Source: Stegostoma tigrinum
Lineage: Eukaryota
Assembly (NCBI RefSeq): GCF_030684315.1
Contig: NC_081371.1
Coordinates: 12,035,441 to 12,099,440 of the forward strand
DNA length: 64,000 bases
Direction of reading: 5' to 3'
Shown here: piece after piece, positions 40,387-52,641 of the stretch
Layout of the letters: each line of letters starts with the position of its first letter
Position numbering within the stretch: the first letter of the stretch is position 1
The notes under the pieces: model-generated
Databases searched by the model: none
What the model was told of the DNA's origin: nothing
What the model saw: only the letters and a program-made list of their open reading frames with translations
Program-made: the position numbers and the translations under genes

Positions 40387-42700
40387 TTAGGGAGGCAGAG
40401 ACAGGTTGGACTGGTTTTGGGATGCAGTGGGTGGAGGGGAAGAGCTGGGCTGGTTGTGTGGTGCAGTGGGGGGAGGGGACGAACTGGGCTGGTTTTGGGA
40501 TGCGGTGGGGGAAGGGGAGATTTTGAAGCTGGTGAAGTCCACGTTGATACCATTGGGCTGTAGGGTTCCAAAGCGGAATATGAGTTGCTGTTCCTGCAAC
40601 CTTCGGGTGGCATCATTGTGGCACTGCAGGAGGCCCATGATGGACATGTCACCTGAAGAATGGGAGGGGGAGTGGAAATGGTTTGCGACTGGGAGGTGCA
40701 GTTGTTTATTGCGAACCGAGCGGCGGTGTTCTGCAAAGCGGTTCCCAAGCCTCCGCTTGGTTTCCCCAATGTGGAGGAAGCCACACCGAGTACAGTGGAT
40801 GCAGTATACCACTTTGCAGATGTGCAGGTGAACCTCTGCTTAATGTGGAAAGGCATCTTGGGGCCTGGGATAGGGGTGAGGGAGGAGGTGTGGGGGCAAG
40901 TGTAGCATTTCCTGCGGTTGCAGGGGAAGGTGCCGGGTGTGGTGGGGTTGGAGGGCAGTGTGGAGCAAACAAGGGAGTCACAGAGAGAGTGGTCTCTCCG
41001 GAAAGCAGACAGGGGTGGTGATGGAAAAATGTCTTCAGTGGTGGGATCGGATTGTAGATGGCGGAAGTGTCGGAGGATGATGCGTTGTATCCGGAGGTTG
41101 GTGGGGTGGTGTGTGAGAACGAGGGGGATCCTCTTGGGGCGGTTGTGGCACGGGCGGGGTGTGAGGGATGTGTTGCAGGAAATGCGGGAGACGCGGTCAA
41201 GGGCGTTCTCGACCACTGTGGGGGGAAAGTTGCGGTCCTTGAAGAACTTGGACATCTGGGATGTGCGGGAGTGGAATGCCTCATCGTGGGAGCAGATGCG
41301 GCGGAGGCGGAGGAATTGGGAATAGGGGATGGAATTTTTGCAGGAGGGTGGGTGGGAGGAGATGTATTCTAGGTAGCTGTGGGAGTCGGTGGGCTTGAAA
41401 TGGACATCAGTTACAAGCTGGATGCCTGAGATGGAGACTGAGAGATCCAGGAAGGTGAGGGATGTGCTGGAGATGGCCCAGGTGAACTGAAGGTTGGGGT
41501 GGAAGGTGTTGGTGAAGTGGATGAACTGTTCGAGCTCCTCTGGGGAGCAAGAGGCGGCGCCGATATAGTCATCAATGTAACAGAGGAAGAGGTGGGGTTT
41601 GGGGCCTGTGTAGGTGCGGAAGAGGGACTGTTCCACGTAACCTACAAAGAGGCAGGCATAGCTGGGGCCCATGCGGGTGCCCATGGCCACCCCCTTGGTC
41701 TGTAGGAAGTGGGAGGAATCAAAAGAGAAGTTGTTGAGGGTGAGGACGAGTTCGGCTACGCGGATGAGGGTGTCGGTGGAGGGGGACCGGTCGGGCCTGC
41801 GGGACAGGAAGAAGCGGAGGGCCTTGAGGCCATCTGCATGCGGAATGCAGGTGTATAGGGACTGGACGTCCATGGTGAAAATGATGTGTTGGGGGCCAGG
41901 GAATTGGAAGTCCTGGAGGAGGTGGAGGGCATGGGTGGTGTCACAGACGTAGGTGGGGAGTTCCTGGACCAAAGGGGAGAAAATGGAGTCCAGATAGGTG
42001 GAGATGATTCGGTGGGGCAAGAGCAGGCTGAGACGATGGGTCGACCAGGGCAGGCAGGTTTGTGGATTTTGGGAAGGAGATAGAAACAGGCCGTGCAGGG
42101 TTGGGGAACAATGAGGTTGGAGGCTGTGGGTGAGAGGTCCCCTGAGGTGATGAGGTCATGAATGGTGTTGGAGATGATGGTTTGGTGCTCAGGTGTGGGG
42201 TCATGATCGAGGGGGCGGTATGAGGTGGTGTCGGAGAGTTGGCGTCTGGCCTCAGCGATGTAGAGGTCAGTGCACCATACTACCACTGCGCCACCCTTGT
42301 CTGCGGGTTTGATGGTGAGTTTGGGGTTGGAGCGGAGGGCTGCCCGTTCTGCGGGGGAGAGGTTGGAATGGGTGAGAGGGGTGGAGAGGTTGAGGCGGTT
42401 AATGTCTCAACGGCAGTTGGAGATGAAGAGCTCGAGGGAGGGTAGGAGGCCTGGGGGTGGTGTCCAGGAGGAGGACCTGTGTTGGAAGCGGCTGAAGGGG
42501 TCAGTGGAGGGAGGGTTAGGTTCCCGGTTGAAGAAGTAGGCGTGGAGGCGAAGGCGGCGGAAAAACTGCTCTATGTCCAATCGTGACTGGTATTCGTTGA
42601 TGTGTGGTTGTAGGGGGACAAAGGTGAGCCCCTTACTAAGGACTGACCGTTCGTCTCAGTTAGTGGGAGGTCTGGGGGGATGGTGAAGATGCGGTAGGGT
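40387..42700 (-). pseudogene. PLE ORF, left arm (frameshifted)
   Basis: SVLSKGLTFVP, IKPADKGGAVVVW, RT (MDVQSLYT, GVAMGTRMGP, YIDD), CNRRKCYTC linker, VYCIHCTRCGFLHIGETKR. Single-base deletions near 42008 and 40812 relative to the right arm. Confidence 0.92.
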
Positions 42701-42911
42701 TCAGTGTGGCTGTAATCACTGGGGTGTCTGGCTGTGGAGGTTGTGGGCGGAGCGATGAGGTCGTCGGCCGTGGGCGGGGTTCCGTCGGCGTCGGCCGTGA
42801 GCGGGGTTCCGTCGGAGGTTGGAGGATCGGGGTGGGCGGCAGCAGCTGCAGTGAGGGTGGTGTGTGAGGTGTTGTGACTGGAAGTGGAGGCGGTGACTGC
42901 TGTGAGGTGTT

Positions 42912-44801
42912 GTGCACCAAACCATCATCTCCAACACCATTCATGACCTCATCACCTCAGGGGATCTCCCACCCACAGCTTCCAAACTCATTGTTCCCCA
43001 ACCCCGCACGGCCCGTTTCTATCATCTTCCCAAAATCCACAAACCTGCCTGCCCTGGTCGACCCATCGTCTCGGCCTGCTCCTGCCCCACCGAACTCATC
43101 TCCACCTATCTGGACTCCATTTTCTCCCCTTTGGTCCAGGAACTCCCCACCTACGTCCGTGACACCACCCATGCCCTCCACCTCCTCCAGGACTTCCAAT
43201 TCCCTGGCCCCCAACACCTCATTTTCACCATGGACGTCCAGTCCCTATACACCTGCATTCCGCATGCAGATGGCCTCAAGGCCCTCCGCTTCTTTCTGTC
43301 CCGCAGGCCCGACCGGTCTCCCTCCACCGACACCCTCATCCGCGTAGCCGAACTCGTCCTCACCCTCAACAACTTCTCTTTCGATTCCTCCCACTTCCTA
43401 CAGACCAAGGGGGTGGCCATGGGCACCCGCATGGGCCCCAGCTATGCCTGCCTCTTTGTAGGTTACGTGGAACAGTCCCTCTTCCGCACCTACACAGGCC
43501 CCAAACCCCACCTCTTCCTCCGTTACATTGATGACTGTATCGGCGCCGCCTCTTGCTCCCCAGAGGAGCTCGAACAGTTCATCCACTTCACCAACACCTT
43601 CCACCCCAACCTTCAGTTCACCTGGGCCATCTCCAGCACATCCCTCACCTTCCTGGATCTCTCAGTCTCCATCTCAGGCATCCAGCTTGTAACTGATGTC
43701 CATTTCAAGCCCACCGACTCCCACAGCTACCTAGAATACATCTCCTCCCACCCACCCTCCTGCAAAAATTCCATCCCCTATTCCCAATTCCTCCGCCTCC
43801 GCCGCATCTGCTCCCACGATGAGGCATTCCACTCCCGCACATCCCAGATGTCCAAGTTCTTCAAGGACCGCAACTTTCCCCCCACAGTGGTCGAGAACGC
43901 CCTTGACCGCGTCTCCCGCATTTCCTGCAACACATCCCTCACACCCCGCCCGTGCCACAACCGCCCCAAGAGGATCCCCCTCGTTCTCACACACCACCCC
44001 ACCAACCTCCGGATACAACGCATCATCCTCCGACACTTCCGCCATCTACAATCCGACCCCACCACCCAAGACATTTTTCCATCCCCACCCCTGTCTGCTT
44101 TCCGGAGAGATCACTCTCTCTGTGACTCCCTTGTTCGCTCCACACTGCCCTCCAACCCCACCACACCCGGCACCTTCCCCTGCAACCGCAGGAAATGCTA
44201 CACTTGCCCCCACACCTCCTCCCTCACCCCTATCCCAGGCCCCAAGATGACTTTCCACATTAAGCAGAGGTTCACCTGCACATCTGCCAATGTGGTATAC
44301 TGCATCCACTGTACCCGGTGTGGCTTCCTCTACATTGGGGAAACCAAGCGGAGGCTTGGGGACCGCTTTGCAGAACACCTCCGCTCGGTTCGCAATAAAC
44401 AACTGCACCTCCCAGTCGCAAACCATTTGCACTCCCCCTCCCATTCTTCAGATGACATGTCCATCATGGGCCTCCCGCAGTGCCACAATGATGCCACCCG
44501 AAGGTTGCAGGAACAGCAACTCATATTCCACTTGGGAGCCCTGCAGCCCAATGGTATCCATGTGGACTCCACCAGCTTCAAAATCTCCCCTTCCCCCACC
44601 GCATCCCAAACCAGCCCAGTTTGTCCCCTCCCCCCACTGCATCACACAACCAGCCCAGCTCTTCCCCTCCACCCACTGCATCCCAAAACCAGTCCAACCT
44701 GTCTCTGCCTCCCTAACTTGTTCTTCCTCTCACCCATCCCTTCCTCCCACCCCAAGCCGCACCTCCATCTCCTACCTACTAACCTCATTCCACCTCCTTG
44801 A
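42912..44801 (+). CDS. PLE reverse transcriptase + GIY-YIG endonuclease, N-terminally truncated open frame (629 aa)
   Basis: LPKIHKP..PGRPIVS, MDVQSLYTCIP, GVAMGTRMGPSYACLF, RYIDD, FLD, KPTD, CNRRKCYTC, VVYCIHCTRCGFLYIGETKRRLGDRFAEH. Starts at the inversion junction with no true ATG. Confidence 0.9.
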   Translation: MHQTIISNTIHDLITSGDLPPTASKLIVPQPRTARFYHLPKIHKPACPGRPIVSACSCPTELISTYLDSIFSPLVQELPTYVRDTTHALHLLQDFQFPGPQHLIFTMDVQSLYTCIPHADGLKALRFFLSRRPDRSPSTDTLIRVAELVLTLNNFSFDSSHFLQTKGVAMGTRMGPSYACLFVGYVEQSLFRTYTGPKPHLFLRYIDDCIGAASCSPEELEQFIHFTNTFHPNLQFTWAISSTSLTFLDLSVSISGIQLVTDVHFKPTDSHSYLEYISSHPPSCKNSIPYSQFLRLRRICSHDEAFHSRTSQMSKFFKDRNFPPTVVENALDRVSRISCNTSLTPRPCHNRPKRIPLVLTHHPTNLRIQRIILRHFRHLQSDPTTQDIFPSPPLSAFRRDHSLCDSLVRSTLPSNPTTPGTFPCNRRKCYTCPHTSSLTPIPGPKMTFHIKQRFTCTSANVVYCIHCTRCGFLYIGETKRRLGDRFAEHLRSVRNKQLHLPVANHLHSPSHSSDDMSIMGLPQCHNDATRRLQEQQLIFHLGALQPNGIHVDSTSFKISPSPTASQTSPVCPLPPLHHTTSPALPLHPLHPKTSPTCLCLPNLFFLSPIPSSHPKPHLHLLPTNLIPPP

Positions 44802-45504
44802 CCTGTCCGTCTTCCCTGGACTGACCTATCCCCTCCCTACCTCCCCACCTATACTCTCCTCTCCACCTATCTTCTTTTCTCTCCATCTTCGGTCTGCCTC
44901 CCCCTCTCTCCCTATTTATTCCAGAACCCTCACCCCATCCCCCTCTCTGATGAAGGGTCCAGGCCCGAAACATCAGCTTTTGTGCTCCTGAGATGCTGTG
45001 TTCATCCAGCCTCACATTTTATTGTCTTGCTCACTGAATCTTGGTGCCTGAATTAGATTAATAGATCAGAAACCTGTCATTTGACATAGTAAAGTCACAG
45101 TGTTCAAGTTTCCTTCATTTGACTTGAGTGACCATATACCTATTCATAATTTTGTTCTTACTCCTTCGAATCTGATGTATTTGCAAAGGAAGAGGTCCAC
45201 CAACATGTTCTACAGTATACTTTCTACTGACAACGTGTATGCTTGTATTTTACAAATTCCAGGATGTTCTGGCTTTAAAACCACTTCTTTTTGACCCAAT
45301 TTACCAACATAGTACAAATACACCTCTGTTGTTAGGAAAGGAGATCCACGATTTTGATCTATCAACAGTGAGAGAACAGGTATTCAAGATGGTGGCATCA
45401 TGGTAAAATCCACAGACTAGCAATTCAGAGCCCCTGATTAATGTTCTCAGGATGGTGTCCAAATTCAGCTGCAGCAGATCGTGAAACTTGAATTAATTTC
45501 CAGG

Positions 45505-47222
45505 CTATAAAGAGTAAAAGGATAGTTGAGGAAAAAGTGGGACCTATCAGAGATGATGGGAATTTGTGGGAGATTTTAAATGAACTTTTGCCTCTGTTTT
45601 CACCAAGGAACGGATATAATAATCCAATGGGAGCAGTGTGAAATGTTGTACAAAATAATCATCATAACAAGAGAGGAAGTCTTAGAGGAATTGGAATCCT
45701 GAAGTGGGATTGTTGCCAAAGCTGAATGGATTGTTCCCTAGGATGTTGAAGGAGGTCAGGAAGGAAAATCGCAGATGCTCTGGGGATTATTTTCCAATCC
45801 TCACTAGATACAGGTGCCAGAACACTGAAGGAGTGCAAATGTGGTTTTATGTCAAACATTTGCAGGCTAGTTAGTCTTATTTCTGTGATGGGCAAATTTT
45901 TAGAATCAATCCTGAGAGATCAGATAAACTGTCACTCGGAAAGTGGATTAATCAGAGATAATCAGCATGCCTTTAAGGGAACGTCATGCCCTACAAATTT
46001 GATTGACTAGTTTAGGAAGTGACAAGAAGGATTGATGAGGTGTGGTGGATGTTGTCTACATTGATTTTAGTATGGAATTTGTCAAGATCCCACATGGCAG
46101 ACCAGTCAATAAAGTAAAAGCCCATACGATACAGGATAACTTGTCAAATTAGATCCAAATGGTAATGATCGATGATTGCCATTTCAAATGGAAAGCTATT
46201 TCATGTGGTGTTCTGCGCTTGGTGTTGGGGCCCCTGCTGTTCTTTTTATACATTAACGATTTGGACTTGAACATGGTGGGGGTACAGGTGCTGTTGGGAA
46301 ATTTGCAGACAATGTAAACATTGGCCATACAGTGGATAGTGTAGAAGTTAACTGTAAGCTCCAAAATGAAACAGATAGGATGGTGGAGTGGGCAGGGAAG
46401 TGGCAGAAGGAGTTTAACTCTAAATGGGAGATAATGCATTTGGGAAGGTCAAACAGTAAAAGGCAATACACAGTAAATGGGAATACGCTGAGAAGGGTAG
46501 GTGAAGTGAGAGCTCTTGGCATGCAAGTGTGCAGATCCCTGAAGATAACAGCACAGGTGGAGAAGGTTGAAAAGAAGGCATATGAAATGGTCTCCTTTTT
46601 GGCAGAGGGAGAGGAAACAAAAGTAGGGACATAATGATGAAACTGTTTAAGACGCTGTTGAAGCCTCAACTGGAATATTGTGTGCAGTTCAGGTTACCAC
46701 ATTTCAGGAAGGACATAAAGGCAGAGAAGATTAACTGCCTGAATAAATGAATGAACTAACCAGCTAAAGAACTGTAGCTATGAGGAGAGCTTGGAGTGGT
46801 TGGGGTTCTTTCTCTTGGAACAGAAAAGGCTGAGGGGTGACATGACTGAGGTATACAAAATTGAGGGGTAGGGATAGAGTAGACAGGAGGAGCTGATTTC
46901 CCTTGGCAGAGAGTTCAAAAACCAGGAGTCATAGATTCAAGCCAATTGGCAGAATGATTTAGAGGAGATGTGAGGAAATACCCTTGTTTTAAATTACACA
47001 GAGAGAGTCGGGTGTCTGGAATTCACTGTCTGAGTTGGTGGTGAAGACAGAGACCCTAAATTCTTTCAAAAAGTACCTGAATCTGCACCTTAAGAGCTAT
47101 AAGCTGCAGGGTTTGTGGGCCTTGTGCAGAAAGTGGGATTAGAAAGAGCATCTGTGTGTTTTTGGGTTGGCATGGACAAGATGGGCTGAATGCCTCCCCC
47201 TTCTGTGCTGTATCATTTCGAT
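45505..47222 (+). mobile_element. Decayed CR1 ORF2 and 3' end
   Basis: cagcatgccttt (QH.F), ggtgttggggcccctgctg (VLGPL), aaatttgcagacaat (KFAD), RMVEWAGKWQKEFN, ctggaatattgtgtgcagttc (LEYCVQF), CR1 tail. Confidence 0.88.
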
Positions 47223-49072
47223 AGTTCTGTGGTAACAGTGGCATTGTGCTAGGTCAGGATGACTTGGAGTGGAACTTGCTGTTCATAGTTCTGATGTATC
47301 TGAGGGCAGGTGTGCTGTGACCTACAGAGCCATGGCACTAGGCTGAACAGCTCTCTGGGAGACATAGCCAGCCTCAATCCTATGTCTTCTGCAATAAGAC
47401 TTGTGGACGTAAGCTCCTGACTCAGGGAAACCTGTGGATTGGGAAAGTTTTAGTCTCTCTTGGTTTGCCCCGTAAACTTTGTGCTAGCTTGAGGATATTC
47501 CCTTTTTGGTCTCTTTCTGGTCTTGCGGTCAGCACAGAGGGATTTCTTGTATGGTCTGCTGCCATACACCATTCACTTCCTTTCCTTGGTGTACCTTTCA
47601 CTTAAGCCCTGGTGTCCCTCCTTGCTGTGTGGTGACGGTGGATGTCCCCAGAGGAGAGATCTGTCTATGCAAAGGGGGGATTGGTGTCCTCCCTGCTGTG
47701 TTCCCATCAATGTCTCATGGTGAACGGTGCTGCACACAGTCAATACCATTTTAGGTTTATGTGGGTTCACAGACTCCCAGGCCGTTTGTCATTTTTGTGC
47801 CTTCGAGAAGGGCGTTTGGTTGTGGAGGGGGTCATTTCAGCTGACTGCCCCTCTTCTATGGTTGCATGTGTGCCCGGGGTCCTTGGAAAGGGCACATGTG
47901 GTATCCTGAGGTACAATAACAACTGCACTACACCCCCCTCCCCACCCCCACCACCCCCAACCAACCATGACATGTTAAAATTTCAATTTGTGGGATTTTT
48001 GTTACGGTGCCCTTGAGGGCTGCCAATTCAAATTTGTTCAATTTGGTCAGTTGCTTATTGGTTAAAATAGTTAAAAAAGAAAAGGGTTGATGGTAGCATT
48101 ATACCTCAAGCTGCCAGTAATTGGTAACCCCACTAGAACAACTTACACTTCTACTCTGCCTCCCTCAGCCCCAAATTTACAGCACTAGAAACTTTGAAAT
48201 AAGGAAACCTACCAGAATAGAATCCATTTTCCAACATTAATGACATGATACCGATGTGGGAAAGCACATTACCTCACTTAAAAAGAAATCTTGGCATCAA
48301 CAACATGCACAATACTTTCTCAATGAGTCGCAGCATGAAAATATTTACATCCTAATCATGAAGTGATACCTCATAGAATAACTGCTCCGAATGTTTTACT
48401 TTGCAATCAGCATTGTTAGGCATACAAGTGTTGAAGGATGTGGGAGTGACAATAACATGGTGGACAGGAGATTGCTTTACAATATTTCTTTCCCTTTTAC
48501 CATGCTACATATTGAACGTTTGTAGGAGTTCATTAGTATCAGTATCAGTAATTGACACTCTGCCACGTCAGTAAGAATTTGTATGTTTGTATTTGCTAAT
48601 GCCCTTGGCTTGTAGTTCAGCCTTGGATGTGCACTTGTCTTGATTGGATGGTGCTTTACAAAAAAATTCTGCACTCAACGTAGACAGATCACTATGTCCA
48701 AGAGTTCTAACCTTTTTTAAAGTATGTATTTGGACTTCTTTTTAAAAGAAAAGGGTATATTTCAAACTGGGCTCTGGGCGGGATGTGTTAGTTATTTAGA
48801 CGACTGCCAGACCCTTTTGTGTTTTTCTCATTTGGGGAAAACAGCAGCAACTGCTTAAAAGGAAAACCATATTTCTATTGGTATATTTTATGAGTACAGT
48901 TTTTTGGTTTTTAAATCAACCAAACACAACCCTGCTGAGCTTGTGGCTTTTCAGAATCCGCTCCCACACTCAGGATGCCCAGTTTAAATCTGAGCCTTAA
49001 GTTTTCCATGTGTTTTTTTACTAAAGACCAATTTCCTCATTTTATGTAGAAGTGGGTAATCTTTCACAGGAA

Positions 49073-52000
49073 GGCTGAATCTTACCTTTTTTTAGCTAAG
49101 TTTCTTAAAGTTTGTCACAAGGTGTCTTGTGCCATATCTTAGCAACCTTAGCCCATTAACTACCTACCCTGCACTAATGGCGTGGCTCAGACTCAATTCT
49201 AGCCACATCTTAGCATATATCGTTTGCCCACTCACTGAATATCTGCCAAAAGACCAATCTCTGGTGCCTGCCTGTGCCATCAATCACTACTGTGCACCCG
49301 ACAAGTGCTAGCATTCTGAAGCCACCCTGGTCGATGATGGATGTTCACTCAGAAGGGAAGGTGGTGACGCGATATTCCGACTGGAACCTAGAGATCCTGG
49401 TGGATGGGCTGCTGCAAAAGACACTGAGACACCACAGCCTGGCCTGAGGTCGCCATCCAAGACAATGCAATTTCCATGGTCCAGAGGAGTGACCAACACT
49501 GCCAAAAGATGGTCAGTGACCGTCTCCACTTCACCAGGGTGAGTGCCACACTGTCTCTGCCATTTCACACTCATTCCATCTCTGCTACTGCCCCCCCTTC
49601 CCATGCTCCCCCTTCTCCTGCTCTGCTAAAAGCCACCACCCCGGCCTCAGAGGAATCATCGGCCAGACTGCCCCAGGCTGCTGGCACTTGGAGGGCTCCT
49701 GGAGACCAGGTACCAGCTCAGGCCCAGGCAGGACAGGCCCCTGTGGAGTCAGCAACCAGGGACTCCATCCAGACACGCCAGGAGGAACAGGAGCAGCAGA
49801 CAGCAACGTGGGAGGCAATGGCCCTTGCTGCCCACATGCTGCAGGAGTGCAGCTCTGCCTTGGGGACACACCTGCCACGAGATGGTGACCTGGCTGCCTT
49901 GATGAGCAGGTTGGCAGAGCCATGGAGACCCAGATCCAGCTCCCTCAGGGTCTGCTGGAGAAGAGTACACCGCATTCCATTGCCCCAGCCATTCGTCCCC
50001 AGGAACAAAACCACAGCACCTGTGGAGGGTGGGCTGGTATTGGGGTGGACGGTGGGCACTTGAGGTGCCCCTTCCTCACAGGGATTACCAAGAGGCACCC
50101 AGCCAGAAGAGGAACCACACACCCAGGCTCCTCAGAAATCTCCCCTCAGATCACTCCAGTTCTACCTCCACCCTGGCCAGTCCCTCCGAACCTTGGAATT
50201 TGAAGCTGAGGTGGGTCCACTTGCCTTTGGCAAAAATATAGTGTCAGCAAGTCAGCCACAGACGCTCCCTCGGGTATCATCCAGATAAATCTCTAGGCCA
50301 ACAGCCTCAACTACTGAGCCTCCATCTCTGTGTCTATGGAGCCTGGCACAACAGAGACACAGTAGGAGTGAAAGGTAACTTCTTGTTTTGAGGGTATTTT
50401 TGGGCATAGGTGACAGTACACTGTAAATTAAAAAAAAACTATTTGCATGACTTCCATTTGTTTGAGTCACTCTGGAGCCTGTGGTTCACCTATGCCAGCA
50501 TGGTATCTAACTTCATGTCTGTTGGTGGATTAACATCCATGTTTGAGAGCCCGCTGCAGGATGTGCGGAAGCAAGAGGAAGAAGATGTTTGCAGGGCCAT
50601 CAACACAGCTGGCACATTCCTCTCATGGTCTGTACCCAAAATTATTGGTGCTCAATAAAATGGTCAGTAATGCATGGGGCATAGAGGTGTATAGCACAGG
50701 GAGAGCTAATACATGGGGCACAGACCTGAGGGGTCCCTAATCCCTGTACAGTATAGGAGTCTATGTGTAATATTCTTGACCCTCTCCAGTGCCTCATGTT
50801 GGTAGGTCACAGATTGAAACATGTACCCTCACCACTCTGGCTATGATTGTAGCCATTTTCTTGCCCGTTGCGAGGTGGTTTCCACTTGTCTGTAATCTAT
50901 TCCTGATCATGGACAAACCCATCTCCTGCGGGATCCTGCTTCCAGCCATGCATTAATATAACCCTCCTTCCAAAATACAGTTGCACCACTTCACAACAGT
51001 AAGCCACCCCTCCTCCAGCCCTCAGTGCCCACAAATACATTACCCTGTCTGTTTCCCCCAGCAGTGTCCCCTCCACCTACGTTTCGCCTGCATTTCTCTG
51101 GACAGGCTGATCATTCCTGAACCCTTGAGCGAGCTAATCGGGCAGTGCGGGATGAGTGGATCAGAGCCCTGGATGATGCCTGCACATGTTTCCCCCACGC
51201 CTGCTGGCCTTCCACCTCTAGGCTGGCAGCTATGAAGCTGCGGGACTGACCGCAACCCACTCCCTGATTTGCAGGAGGTGTGGGCCCACTCAGCAAGAAC
51301 ACACTGACCGCACATCTGACTGTGGCCAGTCCCCTGGACAGGGTCGAGAGGCTGCCCGTACCTTACCAAGTCAGGACCCCCTGACTGACAGGTACCCCCT
51401 TGCACTTTGGTGAGGGCAGCTGCTCTTAGGGACAAGGCTGCTTGCATGTACCATGCGTTTGCCACATTTGCTGCTGGCACTTGGTGCGGGTGTGAGGTTG
51501 GTACACTGCTGTATGTCCATTGACTGAGCCACCAGTGAGCAGCAAGCCAAGCTGCCCGGTTGTACGACTGTGTGCTGGTTGGCAGGGTAGAGGTTGCTGA
51601 GTGAGCAAACATCTGATGCAGCCTGGTCTAATGTGTAAACTGGGTGCTAGTCCCTGTCACACAGGCAGCACCCTCTTTGCAGCCTGCTTGACCGCGTGTC
51701 TTGCAATGCAGTCCCTCCGCTTCCTGCAAGTGGATCGGAGAGGGTGCAATGAGGGGATCGGCAAATAAAGATGCCCATGTCTGTTGATGGACAGGGCTGG
51801 TGCCCATGGATTATGCTCTGAAATGCAGCTTGGTGCGGATCGCCATAGAGGCTCCTCACAGCCCGCAGTGAGCTGAAGTTGCTGAGTGCCCACTGACTTC
51901 GAGAATTCTCGATGTCTGGTTTGCTCGCGGCAGATGATGGGATAGGAACCTGCATGTTAGCGAAGTGGGGGCGTAGTTCGCAAAATCATTTCCCACTAAT

Positions 52001-52119
52001 TCCCCTTAAACCGGCAACTCCCTGCTGCAAAGTGAGACTCCCACATCAACAGCTGCAACCTGATCGGAAGCTGCACTGAATTGCTGCCGTGTTTGCGATA
52101 GACCTAGTAGGATTCTGCC
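49073..52119 (+). mobile_element. Decayed PIF/Harbinger-like DNA transposon
   Basis: Imperfect TIRs ggctgaatcttacc (49073-49086) / agtaggattctgcc (52106-52119), 11/14 match; GC-rich interior. Myb/SANT-like remnant at 49337-49538 (RYSDWNLEILVDG / AWPEVA..NAISMVQRSDQHCQKMVSD) ending at a gtgagt donor; weak LLG..G remnant on - near 51050. Confidence 0.6.
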
Positions 52120-52480
52120 ACATTTCTCGCAATAGCCATGCCATTCAGTCTCCTCCCGGAATCAAAGTAACTTTGATTCAGAGATAACACGGTGTGGAGC
52201 TGCAGGAACACAGCAGGTCGGGCAGCATCAGAGGGGCAGGTAAGGGTCAGGATCTATTCAGGTCCCTTCTTGTAAATATCTAAATGTTCTCACTGTCCAG
52301 AGAGGTGCGAGCGTGTATAAAGAGTTTTGGGAGACAACATTGTGGAGAGTTCCATTATTTGGAATGAAGGAGAAATGAGCGAGCCCTGCCCAGACGGAGA
52401 AAACATGCTGCCTTCACTCCCTCTAGTGGTGGAACCTTTATATGATTCTACAAATCCATGGAACAACTGAGTTAGTGAGA

Positions 52481-52641
52481 ATACCACGTGTGAAGCTGGA
52501 TGAACACTGCAGGCCAAGCAGCATTTTAGGAGCACCAAAGCTAAGGCTTCGGGCCTAGACCCTGCTGCTTGGCCTGCTGTGTTCATCCAGCTCCCCACTT
52601 TCTTATCACGGATTCTCCAGCATCTGCAGATCCCATTATCT
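52481..52641. mobile_element. Penelope-like fold-back insertion
   Basis: Arms agctggatgaacactgcaggccaagcagca / tgctgcttggcctgctgtgttcatccagct, extension on the right; TSD ctgagtta(g/a)tgaga (52467-52480, 52642-52655). Confidence 0.85.

Larger units (their letters stand above)
40031..45025. mobile_element. 5-kb fold-back Penelope-like (Neptune-like) retroelement insertion
   Basis: About 2.1-kb inverted arms (about 40062-42188 and 42914-45025) around a 725-bp spacer that continues the minus-strand ORF. TSD cttgctca(t/c)tgaatcttg (40013-40030, 45026-45043; first bases ambiguous with the element end). Confidence 0.95.

Noticed and set aside
40315-45015. Many overlapping Arg/Gly/Trp-rich ORFs
   Set aside because: Antisense and off-frame shadows of the C-rich PLE ORF, duplicated by the inversion.
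49476-50241. 195-aa ORF and neighbours as a host gene
   Set aside because: Lie inside the Harbinger-like element and read through a splice donor; GC-rich, low stop density.
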